A DNA stretch of 64,000 nt. Source: Eledone cirrhosa. Lineage: Eukaryota. The notes beneath the pieces are model-generated. The model did not search any database. It was given only the letters and a program-made list of their open reading frames with translations, and was not told the DNA's origin. Where the stretch lies: the NCBI GenBank assembly GCA_964016885.1, contig OZ024740.1:319672001-319736000 (forward strand), read 5' to 3'. The translations under genes and the position numbers were made by a program. Positions within the stretch are counted from its first letter, which is position 1, and the number at the start of each line of letters is the position of its first letter. Shown here piece after piece: positions 1 to 11,185 of the stretch.

Positions 1-128
1 TACATAGATAGCTATACATCTGCCTTGTGATATCAGGTTTTATCACATTGCATACGCTTGTGTATACACCCTATGTGTATTTGTATGAGTTCATGTGTGT
101 GTAATGTGTGCCTGAGTATGTATGTATT

Positions 129-134
<6 letters not shown>

Positions 135-162
<28 letters not shown>

Positions 163-178
163 TGTATGTATGTATGTA
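135..178. repeat. (TATG)n microsatellite
   Basis: Direct tandem TATG run immediately upstream of the first RTE-related element. Confidence 0.95.
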
Positions 179-187
179 TATGTGTAT

Positions 188-785
188 GTTGGTGCTACTG
201 GTAACATGTATCCCAGTACAACCTGTCTCATGGTCGGGCCGTTGGCGACTAAACTGGCAACCCCACCAAGGTTTCTTGGTGAGGAGGGTGACTTTGGACA
301 TCCTGCAGGACTAAAAACAAAACCTGTCAAAGGGCGAAGGAGCTCTTAAGAGTCAATGGCCATCCAAAATCACCGGGAGAGATGATCCCTTAGCCTTTGT
401 CAAGGCAGAATTCTAGGAGAAGGAAAACTCTGATATAACACCTGCAACCCTGATGGTATCCAATGATGTTGACTTGTTATTCTTTTTGGTAAATATCATC
501 TTAGTTAAGAGAGTGGGACTGGCTTTGTGCAGTGTCTTTGCTCACTATAAAAGCTTCACGGCACAGGCATTGCTTTATATCTGGAGATCTCTCTGCACTT
601 GTCGTCACATGGTACCATGGGCCCAGCACTATGTGTCAATAATTGTCACAAGTGTAGTGTTTGTACCAGAGTTTTCAAGTCGCTGGCTGGACTAAAAAGT
701 CGCACTCGTTCAGCGCATTGGTAGGAGTTCTCCTACATGGATATAAAGTAGTGGCCGTACTCGAAAACGAGTTGGCAGCCGCCAT
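188..785 (+). mobile_element. Non-autonomous RTE-related (bipartite SINE-like) retroelement, copy 1, missing ~11 nt at the 5' end
   Basis: Near-identical inverted copy at 18481-19090. Contains CTAGGAGAAGGAAAACTCTGA, a motif I recall from RTE 5' UTRs. Its 3' end GGCCGTACTCGAAAACGAGTTGGCAGCCGCCAT matches the 3' end of the RTE LINE fragment at ~8229-8261. Flanked by TATG/TA repeats. Confidence 0.75.
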
Positions 786-817
786 ATGTGTATGTATATG
801 TGTATGTATGTATGTTA

Positions 818-1320
818 TGTCAGGTCGCTCTCGATTGCTATTGGTAACATGTAACCTAGTACAACCTGTCTCATGGTCGGGTCGTCGGCAACCCCACCAA
901 GCGTGCTTGGTGAGGAGGATTATATTTGGACACCCTGCGGGATGAAATACAAGACCCGGCAAAGGGCGGAGAAACTCAGCAGAGTCAATGACCATCCAAA
1001 TAATACTTTTTTTTTTTCACCTGGCAGTGAAAAGCCCCCAGTTGTTGTCACAATACCTTTCTAGGAGAGTAAAACTCTGAAAAAAAACCCTGCGGCTTCG
1101 GAAGCATCCGATGATGTTGACCAGTTCTCCTTTTCGGGTAGTGTTTTCGATGCTCAGAGAGTGGGATTGCTCGAGTGCAAGGCCTTTCCCCGATTAAAAA
1201 ACCTTTAAAGCACAGGCATTGCTTGTTCAGGTTTGTGTGGCTGGCTGTAGCCTAAAAGTGCACCAAACACTGTAACCTGACAAGCGATTGCAATACTCTT
1301 AGCAGAGTTTGCAGCCATCA
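818..1320 (+). mobile_element. Diverged subfamily member of the same RTE-related element (copy 2)
   Basis: Starts TGTCAGGTCGC and shares GGTAACATGT..AGTACAACCTGTCTCATGGTCGGG, CACCAAG-loop-CTTGGTG, CTAGGAGAGTAAAACTCTGA and GCACAGGCATTGC with copy 1. Ends GAGTTTGCAGCCATCA followed by (TGTA)n. Confidence 0.75.
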
Positions 1321-1437
1321 TGTATGTATGTATGTATGTATGTATGTATGTATGTATGCATGCATGTATGTATGTATGTATGTATGTATGTATGTATGTA
1401 TGTATGTATGTATGTATGTATGTATGTATGTATGTAT
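1321..1437. repeat. (TGTA)n microsatellite, possibly the retroelement tail
   Basis: Direct tandem run starting immediately after the element's 3' end. Confidence 0.95.
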
Positions 1438-1629
1438 ATGAATACACTTAGCTTAGTTGTTTGAGTGTTCAACTCACAATCGTAAAGACGAGTGTTCGAT
1501 TTCTGGAGTGTTCGATTTCAAAAATGCCTAATGGAGTTATACAGGTGGCGTCATACAGTGTGACAAAAGCACTTTTAACATGACGACGCTCATCTTTCTC
1601 TATATTTAAATATATATATATATGTATGA

Positions 1630-1710
<81 letters not shown>

Positions 1711-2182
1711 TGTGTGTGTGTGTGCGCGTGTGCATATATATATATATATATATGGATATTATATTACGTAATGTATCGAAACACGTGTCAGAATTATTAA
1801 TAATTATAAATAAACGAAATATTGAACTCCAACATCTATGCCTCAATAATGTTTTCCATAACCTCTGACTCTTCATACTTACATATACACGCATGTGCAT
1901 GTCAGTACCTCTACAGTGGATTCATAGTAACACATCTCTGTAGTAAAATTGCATTGTTCATCTCGGAATACATATTCAAAGGATTACTTTGTTGTTTTAA
2001 GATAAGAGTAAGATTTAGCTGCTATCTCTAGCATTTCAGTCAACCGCCTAGAAACTCCGTATTTGCAGCGCTGCCTTCTTTTCTTTATCAAAATATTTAA
2101 CACACACTAGTGACGTCAATTTTATACAGATTTATGAATATATTTGTATGTGTATGTATGTTTGTGTGTGTATATGTGTGTG

Positions 2183-2288
<106 letters not shown>

Positions 2289-2290
2289 TA

Positions 2291-2915
2291 TGATGGCTGC
2301 CCCTCGTTATCGAGTATGGCCATTGCACGATATACCATTATTAATAATTATTAATTAATTCTATCGTGCAATGCCTGTGCATGAAGATATTTTTTTAAAT
2401 GAGGAAAGACTGTGCACTGAGCCAATCCCACTCTCTGAGCGACATAGCTATAACCCGAAAAGAAGAAAATATCAACATCATCGGTAACTACTGAGCCGCA
2501 GGTTTTATATCGGAGTTATCCCAGTTTCCTGAGTTGCCTTCTCCTAGAAGAATGCCCTGACAAAGGCTAGGGGTCCTTCACTCCCAGTGGTTTAACCGCG
2601 CGATCGGGTGTCCAGCCCGATTATTTCTATGTCCCCGCGCATGTACATACACATGCACCCATGTATATACACATATACATATACATACATATGTACATGT
2701 GTATATACATATTTACACACTTTGGGATGGCCGTTGACTCTTATGAAATCTTCCACCCTTTGTCAGGGTTTTTTTTCTTGTCCTGCAGGGTGTCCAAAAT
2801 TACCCTCCTCATCAAGTAAACTTGGTGGGGTTGCCAGTTTAGTCGCGACGACCCGATCATGCGACAGGTTGTACTGGGTTACATGTTACCAATAGCACTC
2901 AAGAGTGACCCGACA
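2291..2915 (-). mobile_element. Third diverged member of the RTE-related element (copy 3), interrupted by a CA/TA microsatellite at ~2640-2720
   Basis: Reverse complement begins TGTCGGGTCACTC..GGTAACATGTAACCCAGTACAACCTGTC and ends CTCGATAACGAGGGGCAGCCATCA. Flanked by (TA)n on both sides. Confidence 0.72.
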
Positions 2916-2938
2916 TATATATATATACACACATATAT

Positions 2939-3005
<67 letters not shown>

Positions 3006-3029
3006 CACACACACATACCAATATATATG

Positions 3030-3063
<34 letters not shown>

Positions 3064-3065
3064 AC

Positions 3066-3101
<36 letters not shown>

Positions 3102-3219
3102 AATATATATATGTGTATATATACGTGTGTGTAGAGGGCGGCTGTGGCCTAGTTATCCTGTGAATCAAGTCTATATCTCATTTTCAATTCGCACGATTCA
3201 TATACATTGCCAATACTCT

Positions 3220-3723
<504 letters not shown>

Positions 3724-3785
3724 CATATATGCATATATATATGTATATACATATATACATATATATATGTATATATGTATATATG

Positions 3786-3820
<35 letters not shown>

Positions 3821-3841
3821 ATATATATATGTATGTATGTA

Positions 3842-3902
<61 letters not shown>

Positions 3903-4271
3903 AAATGAAAACTTGCTAATACAAAGAGTTATTCACATGAGAAAGATTTAAAATGTAAGTGCATATAATCGCCATTTAATGCGAGGTTACCCAATTATAA
4001 ATTTTTATTTAATCGTCAAACTTAGATCGTAACGTACACTTCTTTAAAATAGTTGCAACGAATTAAAAGGACCAGACAATTGTCAACGGGAAAAATAGCA
4101 ACCAAATGTCTGTGAAATTACACCGTAAAATTTTTCCTTTTTCACTTTTTCGCTTTCTTTTTTTGTTTACGTTAATTTGAGGGAAAGTTATTTTTGTCAG
4201 TGTAGTTTGAGATCTGCTATGGCTGGAAAAGACGATAGGAAGATCCATGGCTGGAACGCCTTTGATGATAC

Positions 4272-4694
4272 CAGACCTGCCAACCTCTAAAAACCCAAAC
4301 GGGGAGAACCATGGCAAAAAGTGCCCCAAAACGAGAAGAAATGCGGCAAAATGAGGAGATTTTACATAATGAAAGTTATACCCATTTTCACAAAAGAAGA
4401 CATCTCTCACCCACCCCAAAGTGGACGGGAGAGTTGATAATATCTGTTTATCGCTGGACAGCTATATGGAGCAGGCTTGAACCGCTATTTTTTCCGTACG
4501 CTATGATGGTTGTCAATGTAGATAACCACGTCATCTTAGAATTACATGCCATAAATTGCTTCATTTGCGATCATCAGCGAAATGAATGAACTTTGTTGAA
4601 TAGCTATAGCCATTTTCACAAGAGAAGACATCTCTCACCCACCTCAAAGTAGGTGGGAGATCTCTCCGTCTGACGGAGAGAGTTAACAGGTCTG
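4272..4694. mobile_element. Putative degenerate MITE (hAT-like termini) with a duplicated right end
   Basis: CAGACCTGCCAAC at 4272 versus AGTTAACAGGTCTG ending at 4694. Internal direct duplication ~4374-4447 / ~4602-4694 (CCATTTTCACAA.AGAAGACATCTCTCACCCACC). No clear TSD. Confidence 0.4.
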
Positions 4695-4799
4695 TCATCC
4701 GTCTGGTCAATCAGAACTAATCTGGCGTTAAACGACAGCAAATAGGTTTTATCAGAAAGCCAAAATGAGATCTGCGTACTTAATAATATTGATTTCTAA

Positions 4800-5046
4800 T
4801 TCAGACACAATGTCAGACACAATGTCAGGCACAATGTCAGGCACAATGTCAGCAATTTTTAGAGGAAGACCAAAGTTGATTAAATCAACCCCAATACTTT
4901 TGTCTAGTACGTTATTTTATTGACCTCGGAAAGATGAAAGACAAATTCTGTATCAAGCGCTATTTCAACTCAGAATGTAAAGAGCCAGAACAAATACCAC
5001 AATAACATTTTATCAGTTTCCCTGCCAATTCTGCCAATCCATCACC
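4800..5046 (-). mobile_element. Degenerate copy of the abundant octopus-type tRNA-related SINE
   Basis: Reverse complement contains TTCTGAGTTGAAAT...TTTGTCTTTCATCTTTCCGAGGTCAATAAAATAACGTAC, matching the copies at 20.1-21.4 kb. Confidence 0.6.
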
Positions 5047-5259
5047 CATCGGAGTGAATTGTATAAAGACCATCATTCTGCAAATGAAATAATAAGGAAG
5101 ATCGTGTCGACGTTAACTATATACTGGTCATTCTAAACACATGCATACTCTTGTACAAAGTAACCATCGAGGAAGCTTCTGTGTGGTCACTCGAATCGTA
5201 ACTAAATCTTCCTCACGTTCCTCCATAAAGATGTTTAAAATCAAGTAACATCGAATATA

Positions 5260-5446
5260 CGATGGTAGGCTGAAAGGTTCACAGGCTAACTATGGAGTGA
5301 TGCTAGAACTGTGAAATCTTGCATGCATAAATTTCTTATTAATAACTGCATTGTTTCTTTCCAAGGACTAAGTTAAAAAATAAACCTCATTTGGTAATTC
5401 CCTGAGAGTATCTTTGTCAGCCTATGAAATTTTCAGCCGACCTTCG
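5260..5446. mobile_element. Tc1/mariner-type MITE with TA target duplication
   Basis: ~31-bp imperfect TIRs: CGATGGTAGGCTGAAAGGTTCACAGGCTAAC and GTCAGCCTATGAAATTTTCAGCCGACCTTCG. TA at 5258-5259 and 5447-5448. A partial second copy lies at ~23274-23379. Confidence 0.8.
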
Positions 5447-5857
5447 TAATATTCAAAAAAATGCATAGTGGTAGAGATGGTCAAGGCTTGATTGTCGGTC
5501 AAACGATGGTTTTTTTTTTTTTTTTTTTTTTGGTCACACAACCTGTAACACTTGATAGGAATTTTCTTAAACATGGCAGGGTCTATCCCTCTCCAGGTCT
5601 CAACACAGCTAATTTCATCCAGAGAGAGAGGGCGGGGTAAAAGAAAGAGAGAGGGTGAGACAGATAGACAGACAAAGGTGTGTGGAGAGAAAAGTGATAA
5701 AGATATGTAGAGGAATAATCGACCCCAGTCATGGCATACGGCGTGCCTTAGGCACTTGAAACCTGGTGGAGCCCATCACCTCTCATGATCTGAATACAGA
5801 CGATTTCTTGCAGAGAAAGAATCGAAAAGAGAAGGATTGAGAAAGAGATATAGAGGA

Positions 5858-6020
5858 AGAATCAACCTCAGTTCTGGAATGATACTTTATTTAATGACCC
5901 CTGAAAGGATGAAAGGAAAAATTGACTTCGGTGAGATTTGAACTTAGAGCGCAAAGAGCTGGAACGCATACTGCAAAATATGCTGTGTGAGATTTTAACG
6001 ACTTTATGAATTCTCCGCTC
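5858..6020 (-). mobile_element. Degenerate copy of the octopus-type SINE
   Basis: Reverse complement contains CTAAGTTCAAATCTCACCGAAGTCAATTTTTCCTTTCATCCTTTCAGGGGTCATTAAATAAAGTATC, the same core as the 20-21 kb copies. Confidence 0.6.
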
Positions 6021-6162
6021 TTACAAGACATTGCAGAAACAATCACTTCGGTGACAAGAACAACAACAGGAAGTATCGTTGTTACGTTACTTCCCAACGT
6101 CAGAAGGCCCATGCAGAATACATAAAAAATGAAAAAAACAACAAAAAAATCACTTCAAACAT

Positions 6163-6500
6163 GACAGAAATTTAAGAAGTGTACAATACAACACCAAATG
6201 CATAAAAACGCCTTTATAAAACTCAAAGATTTTATCATCACATAGCACATTCACGTAGCGATAATTCAGGAAACATTTTTAATAACTCAACAAAGAGCAC
6301 ACAGTATTTCAAATTACACAGAGATCAGATTAGAGAGAAACTATTTCAAGGGAGGCGGTCTCTTATAATACATAAAATGTTGCATCTAGTTCATAGATAT
6401 CACAAGTGCCATTCGTAAAGTAACAGATGACACAGTACACTGCAAATGCAGGTTTTCAGAATAAAACGGAGCATCACGAATTCTTTTATATAATAACATA
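6163..6500 (+). pseudogene. Decayed APE endonuclease N-terminus of a non-LTR retrotransposon ORF2
   Basis: Manual translation across stops and frameshifts gives RNLRSVQYN...HIHVAIIQETFL...SNYTEIRLERNYFKGGGLL*YIK. The xQET and R..GGG motifs are typical of LINE APE domains. Confidence 0.7.
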
Positions 6501-6552
6501 TAATAGCGCACTCAAACACACACACGCATGAACACGGAGACGAACACACATA

Positions 6553-6670
6553 TGTATGTAGGTAGGTAGGTATGTATGTATGTATGTATGTATGTATGTA
6601 TGTATGTATGTATGTATGTATGTATGTATGTATATCTATGTGTGTGTATGTATGTTTGTATGTATGTATG
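6553..6670. repeat. (TATG)n/(TAGG)n microsatellite
   Basis: Direct tandem run. Confidence 0.9.
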
Positions 6671-6929
6671 TTCTTCTGGTTTCATAATTTTATAGTTTTA
6701 CCAATAGAGAGAGGGAGAGAGGGGGGTCGGTTTCTAACATAGATACAATACTCTCTCATTGGCATTTAAACAACATCAACTAGGTATATATTTATGCATG
6801 TCTATATGTGTGTGTTGTTATATTATTGTTATATAATTATATTATTAGATGTTATTATATGTCAGGATGTGGATGTTTTGAGTTATATGTGTACATGAGT
6901 TATATGTGTACATGTAGTTATTACATGCA

Positions 6930-7237
6930 GACCTTTTGGAATGTTTAACATATTTTTACTGTTCCATTAATGGATTGTACTTGTAATTTCCTAACTAGTC
7001 ATGTTCTTTGTTTCTGTGAAGCCCAGCTCTCAAGATTTGTATTGAGGTAGTAACTAACATATCGCAGTGCTCCAATAATCACAGGTATAAATGTGAAGGT
7101 ATAGTCAGGGTGGAGTATCTGCAGATTTCTCATTAGTTCTGCATAGATATTCTCCTTTTCGCTAATCTTTGATATTATATTGGCATCTACTGGGCAGCTA
7201 ACTTCCACTATTGTGCAGGCCTTCTTTTCCCTGGTCT
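6930..7237 (-). pseudogene. C-terminal restriction-like endonuclease (RLE) fragment of an R4/Dong- or NeSL-type non-LTR element
   Basis: Translation REKKACTIVEVSCPVDANIISKISEKENIYAEL...FIPVIIGAL and downstream SINGTVKIC fits the RLE E..P.D.N...EK..Y..L..P.IIGALG pattern. Confidence 0.7.
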
Positions 7238-7369
7238 GTTATGGTTGCAATCGGTATGTATGCATGCATGTTTGTATCGATGCATGCATGTATGTATGTT
7301 TGTATGTATTTATTTATATATGCATATATGAATGCATGTATGTATATATGCATGCATATATATATATGA

Positions 7370-8261
7370 TGATGGAATATCTTTAAGAATCAAGAAAGCC
7401 AGTAATGCTTTTTGACGGCTGCGTGAACGTTTATGGTCCAGACGAGGTATCACCATTGAAACCAAGGCAAAAGCGTATTTGACTTGTGTCGTCTCCTCTT
7501 TGCTTTATGTTTGTGAAACGTGGGTCACATACAGAAAGCACCTCAAGGAACTGGAGAGATTTCATCAACAATCTCTTCGTAAGTTACTTGGAGTGCGATG
7601 GAATATGTTCGTCAGTGATTTGGAAGTTCTCGAACGGAGTAGGTGCATGGCTATAGAGAGCATGATCTTTCGGCATCGGTTGAGGTGGTGCGGGCACGTG
7701 TATTCCAAAGCAACTTCTCTACGGAGAACTGTGTGAAGGAAGGCGACCACCACACAAACCAAAAATGCGGTACCGGGGCTGTGTCAGCGGCACTTTGGCT
7801 TGCGCTGGAATTTCATCTGACGAATGGGAGAAAATTATTGAAGGGCGTGTGAAGTGGAAACGTTTGATCAAGTTAGGAAGTGAACACTTTGAAACTTGTC
7901 GAAGAGAACACCTAACACTGAAAAGGAAGGTGGGGAAAAGGGACTGTTCTGAACTGCCTGCTGTTGAGCATCATCTGGTTTGCCAGCACTGTGGTCGTGT
8001 CTGCCTGAACAAAGCTGGTTTGATTAGACACGAACCAAGTCTCAGTAGACTTCATGTAGATTATAATCTGAAAAGATGTAAGAATGTGGAAAGGAATGTA
8101 CAAGCATGGGAGGTCTTAAAAGACATGAGAATACACAGTCAGAACCAGGCAGTGGAAAGACCCAGGGGCGCCTACAGTTGACATGTGTGTGCCAGAGGGT
8201 GCAAGTCTTTGAGCATTTATAAGGCGATGGCAATGCTCGAACACGAGTTTGCGGCCATCAT
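7370..8261 (+). mobile_element. 5'-truncated RTE-clade LINE: post-RT C-terminus with C2H2 zinc fingers and the 3' end
   Basis: RIKKASNAF*RLRERLW..TKAKAY..VVSSLLYVCETW..LERFHQQSLRKLLGVRW..RLRWCGHV, then FYGEL.EGRR..KPKMRY and CQHCGRVCLNKAGLIRH. Ends GCTCGAACACGAGTTTGCGGCCATCA followed by TATG. Contains frameshifts and stops. Confidence 0.88.
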
Positions 8262-8521
8262 ATATGTATGTATCTATGCAATGTTCAATGATGGGATGGC
8301 ACTCTTCTGACAATGTATGCATATGTGCGCGCACGCACACAAACACAAGTCCCCGACGTGACCAACTTGTCTTTCGAGGCTACACGTCCCATCTACGAAG
8401 GTATAACACTAGAATCTCTCAGAAACACCTCCTGGTGTTCACATAATACAGAGAATAAATAAGGCAACACAATTAAACTCCAATGTCATCCCACATCGAA
8501 ATACAAACATAAACACACGCA

Positions 8522-8530
8522 CTCTCTCTT

Positions 8531-8613
<83 letters not shown>
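8522..8613. repeat. (CT)n microsatellite
   Basis: Direct tandem run. Confidence 0.95.
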
Positions 8614-8616
<3 letters not shown>

Positions 8617-8714
8617 ATATACCAATACATACTCTCTCTCTTTCACTCTCTCACGCACACCAATACTCACAGTTTCTCTCTCACACACACATACACACAC
8701 ACTTTCTCGCACTC

Positions 8715-9050
8715 TCTTTTTCTTTTTCTTCTTTTTCGTCCAATTATTCCTGAGAGAGTCTTGGGGGGGACAAAGTCCTCAAACACTCCTTCCGGTGGGT
8801 GCTGTCAGAAGCAACTATCTCCAACTGATCCTGCTGGATCCCAAGGAAGACAATCTTACGTCATGGATGTTATCCAGCCATCTTGTTTGGAGTCTACCCC
8901 TGGGTCTTCTGCCGGTTGGTTTTGCCCGTAAAATCTGTCCAGTGATTCTTTCCTGAGACATTTTAACCACATACCCATAGTATCGGAACTGTGATCTCTC
9001 AATTCGGAGAAGTAGCGGCTCTACCTGGAGTGACCTTCTGATCTCCGAAC
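8715..9050 (-). mobile_element. 3' fragment of a second RTE-clade (Rex3/Expander-like) LINE
   Basis: Minus-strand translation SEIRRSLQVEPLLLRIERSQFRYYGYVVKMSQERITGQILRAKPTGRRPRGR..TRWLD, followed by an A/GAA-rich tail. A homologous copy is at ~13075-13285. Confidence 0.8.
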
Positions 9051-9489
9051 ACTTCTTAATTGTTCAATTTTAAAAAAGCACAATGGAATGAGTTTCCCCA
9101 AGAAACAGAATCATAGTTTTCAGAATTCAACAATCACCAATATAGAGACTGTAGTGCATATATTCTACAGAATAATTATTAGACCTTCCATAAACACCAC
9201 AACAACCAATATAAACACTGTAGTGCATATAATCATATATTCTACAAAAAAAAACATATCCCAGAAGGCATAAATAAATACTACACCAATTATACACCAG
9301 GAACCAGGAATAGCCAATTTCATATAAACCAGGGACAACCCCAAATACCAGAACTACACAAAAGCGAAATTAAACACAGCATCAAACAATAAACTAGAAA
9401 GTAAGAAAACACAAAACATAGAAAAGCAAAATAAATAAATAAAAAGAAAATATTTCTATCTAACATAAAAGAAAAGTAAACAGTAAAAC

Positions 9490-11185
9490 ATTATATTAAG
9501 TAATTAGCAGCATGAACAACAACACTCACACTGCGCCCCATATCACAATAACAGCCTCAGATAACATACTCACGCTGGAAGACCAAGCAAACGCCCTTAT
9601 CAGGCATTTCTTGAAAAATCAACCATCAACAGCATACAAAGAAGACGAGAACACGAAACAAAGAAAATGCACAGCTTTTCACATAGACAAAGATTTTGAC
9701 CCTTAGCTTCCATTAGACACACCAAAAGAAATTGGTAAATCTACCATCTAAAAATAAACTAAGCCTCATTGCCAGAAACATTCACAACGATACATCTGAA
9801 ACAGTTAAGATTTGAAGGAATCATTGTATTTACTAAAATCTACAACTAATGTGCTACTTACTCACGAATCTAACACAGAAAATACACGATGGATTCGACA
9901 ACAAAAACACCTCCCACACGTTCAATTCTAACTAGTGTCGACATCAGCAAAGCTTTCGACTCTACAAAAAATATTGAATACTCACTAAGGCCCAGAGCGT
10001 ATCACCCACTCCCCTTCTTTCCTTATGTGGCCCCAGAGTCCTTGCTTTTTCCCGTCCTTTTCCTCTCATTTATTACTGTTATAATCCTTTCCTCTCCTTT
10101 CCCATACAGCCAGATCTGCCCTCCTTTACCCCTTCCCCATTAGTAATGTTATTTATACAATTGTCAATAAAATCTCCTGGAGAAGGATGGGCTCCGCCAG
10201 GCTTAAAATGCACAAAGAAACGCCAAACTGTTGAAACTTGCTATTTCCCGAATGCAGTATCACTGGGTTCTGTCCCCTCAATCCCTCGTTTCATCCCATA
10301 TCTATATGATTTTCCTTCATCTAGACAAGACATACCCATAGTCCCATACTCACATATTTCCACTGTGTTCTAGACACTACTGTTTAACTACTTCAATCCT
10401 ACATCAATCACGTAGAATAGAAATCTGGTAGACTTAAAGTAGTGCCTACTAAATCTACTATCTACCTTCTTACCTGCAACACCAGAGAACATCAAATGCA
10501 ACTAAGCATTATTACGCAACAACAAAAATACAAAACTACAGAGAAGAGAAAAATGCTTGGAGTTATGTACACCTCACAACGTTTATAGAATATATAGTAA
10601 AGATAGCAGAACGTTGAACATACATATTTTGAACAATAACATGTACTAGTTTTTGCTAGCAGAAAGAAATAACAGGGTTGTGTGAAAAATATATTAGATC
10701 TATCATGTAATATGTCTGTCCTACCTGGGCTTCTAATCTCTGGAGAAAATATCATTCAATATAATACATAGAACACAAAACAATACATGACGCATCATCA
10801 CAGATAGCTTATATTGCACACCACACCTACATACGTACACATATACGCACACACACGTATATACACGCACGCACCCACCGTACACACATACGCACGCACC
10901 ATACACACACTCATATACACTACTCGTAAACACACATGCATACACACGCATACTCACACACCATACAGACACACACGTACACACGCACACACAAGGCGCA
11001 CACATCAACACATACACGTAAGCACCAAACACGCACACACACACACGCCGATCACCTACATAACAATACGAAATGGTAAACATGAAAGATTACATGGACA
11101 TGTATAGGAATCTGTTTGTTGCCGCAACAAGCTCTCATCCCATAGTAACTGCCACCAGATAAAAACAACCTCCAAATACTCAGAC
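9490..11185 (+). pseudogene. Heavily decayed, interrupted RT region of a non-LTR retrotransposon (I/Ingi-like)
   Basis: Fragments in colinear order: TIHLKQL..IIVFTKIYN, PP.RSILTSVDISKAFD (RT DxxKAFD motif, ~9910-9960), YLYDFP, KMLGVMY, RSIM*YVCPTW. May be the same element as the APE fragment at 6.2 kb. Confidence 0.55.

Noticed and set aside
188-300. Canonical HDV-like ribozyme at the 5' end of the RTE-related element
   Set aside because: A CTAA-ACTGG / CCAGT pairing is suggestive, but I could not assign P1, P3 and P1.1 in the required order. It is kept only as an unassigned structured RNA.
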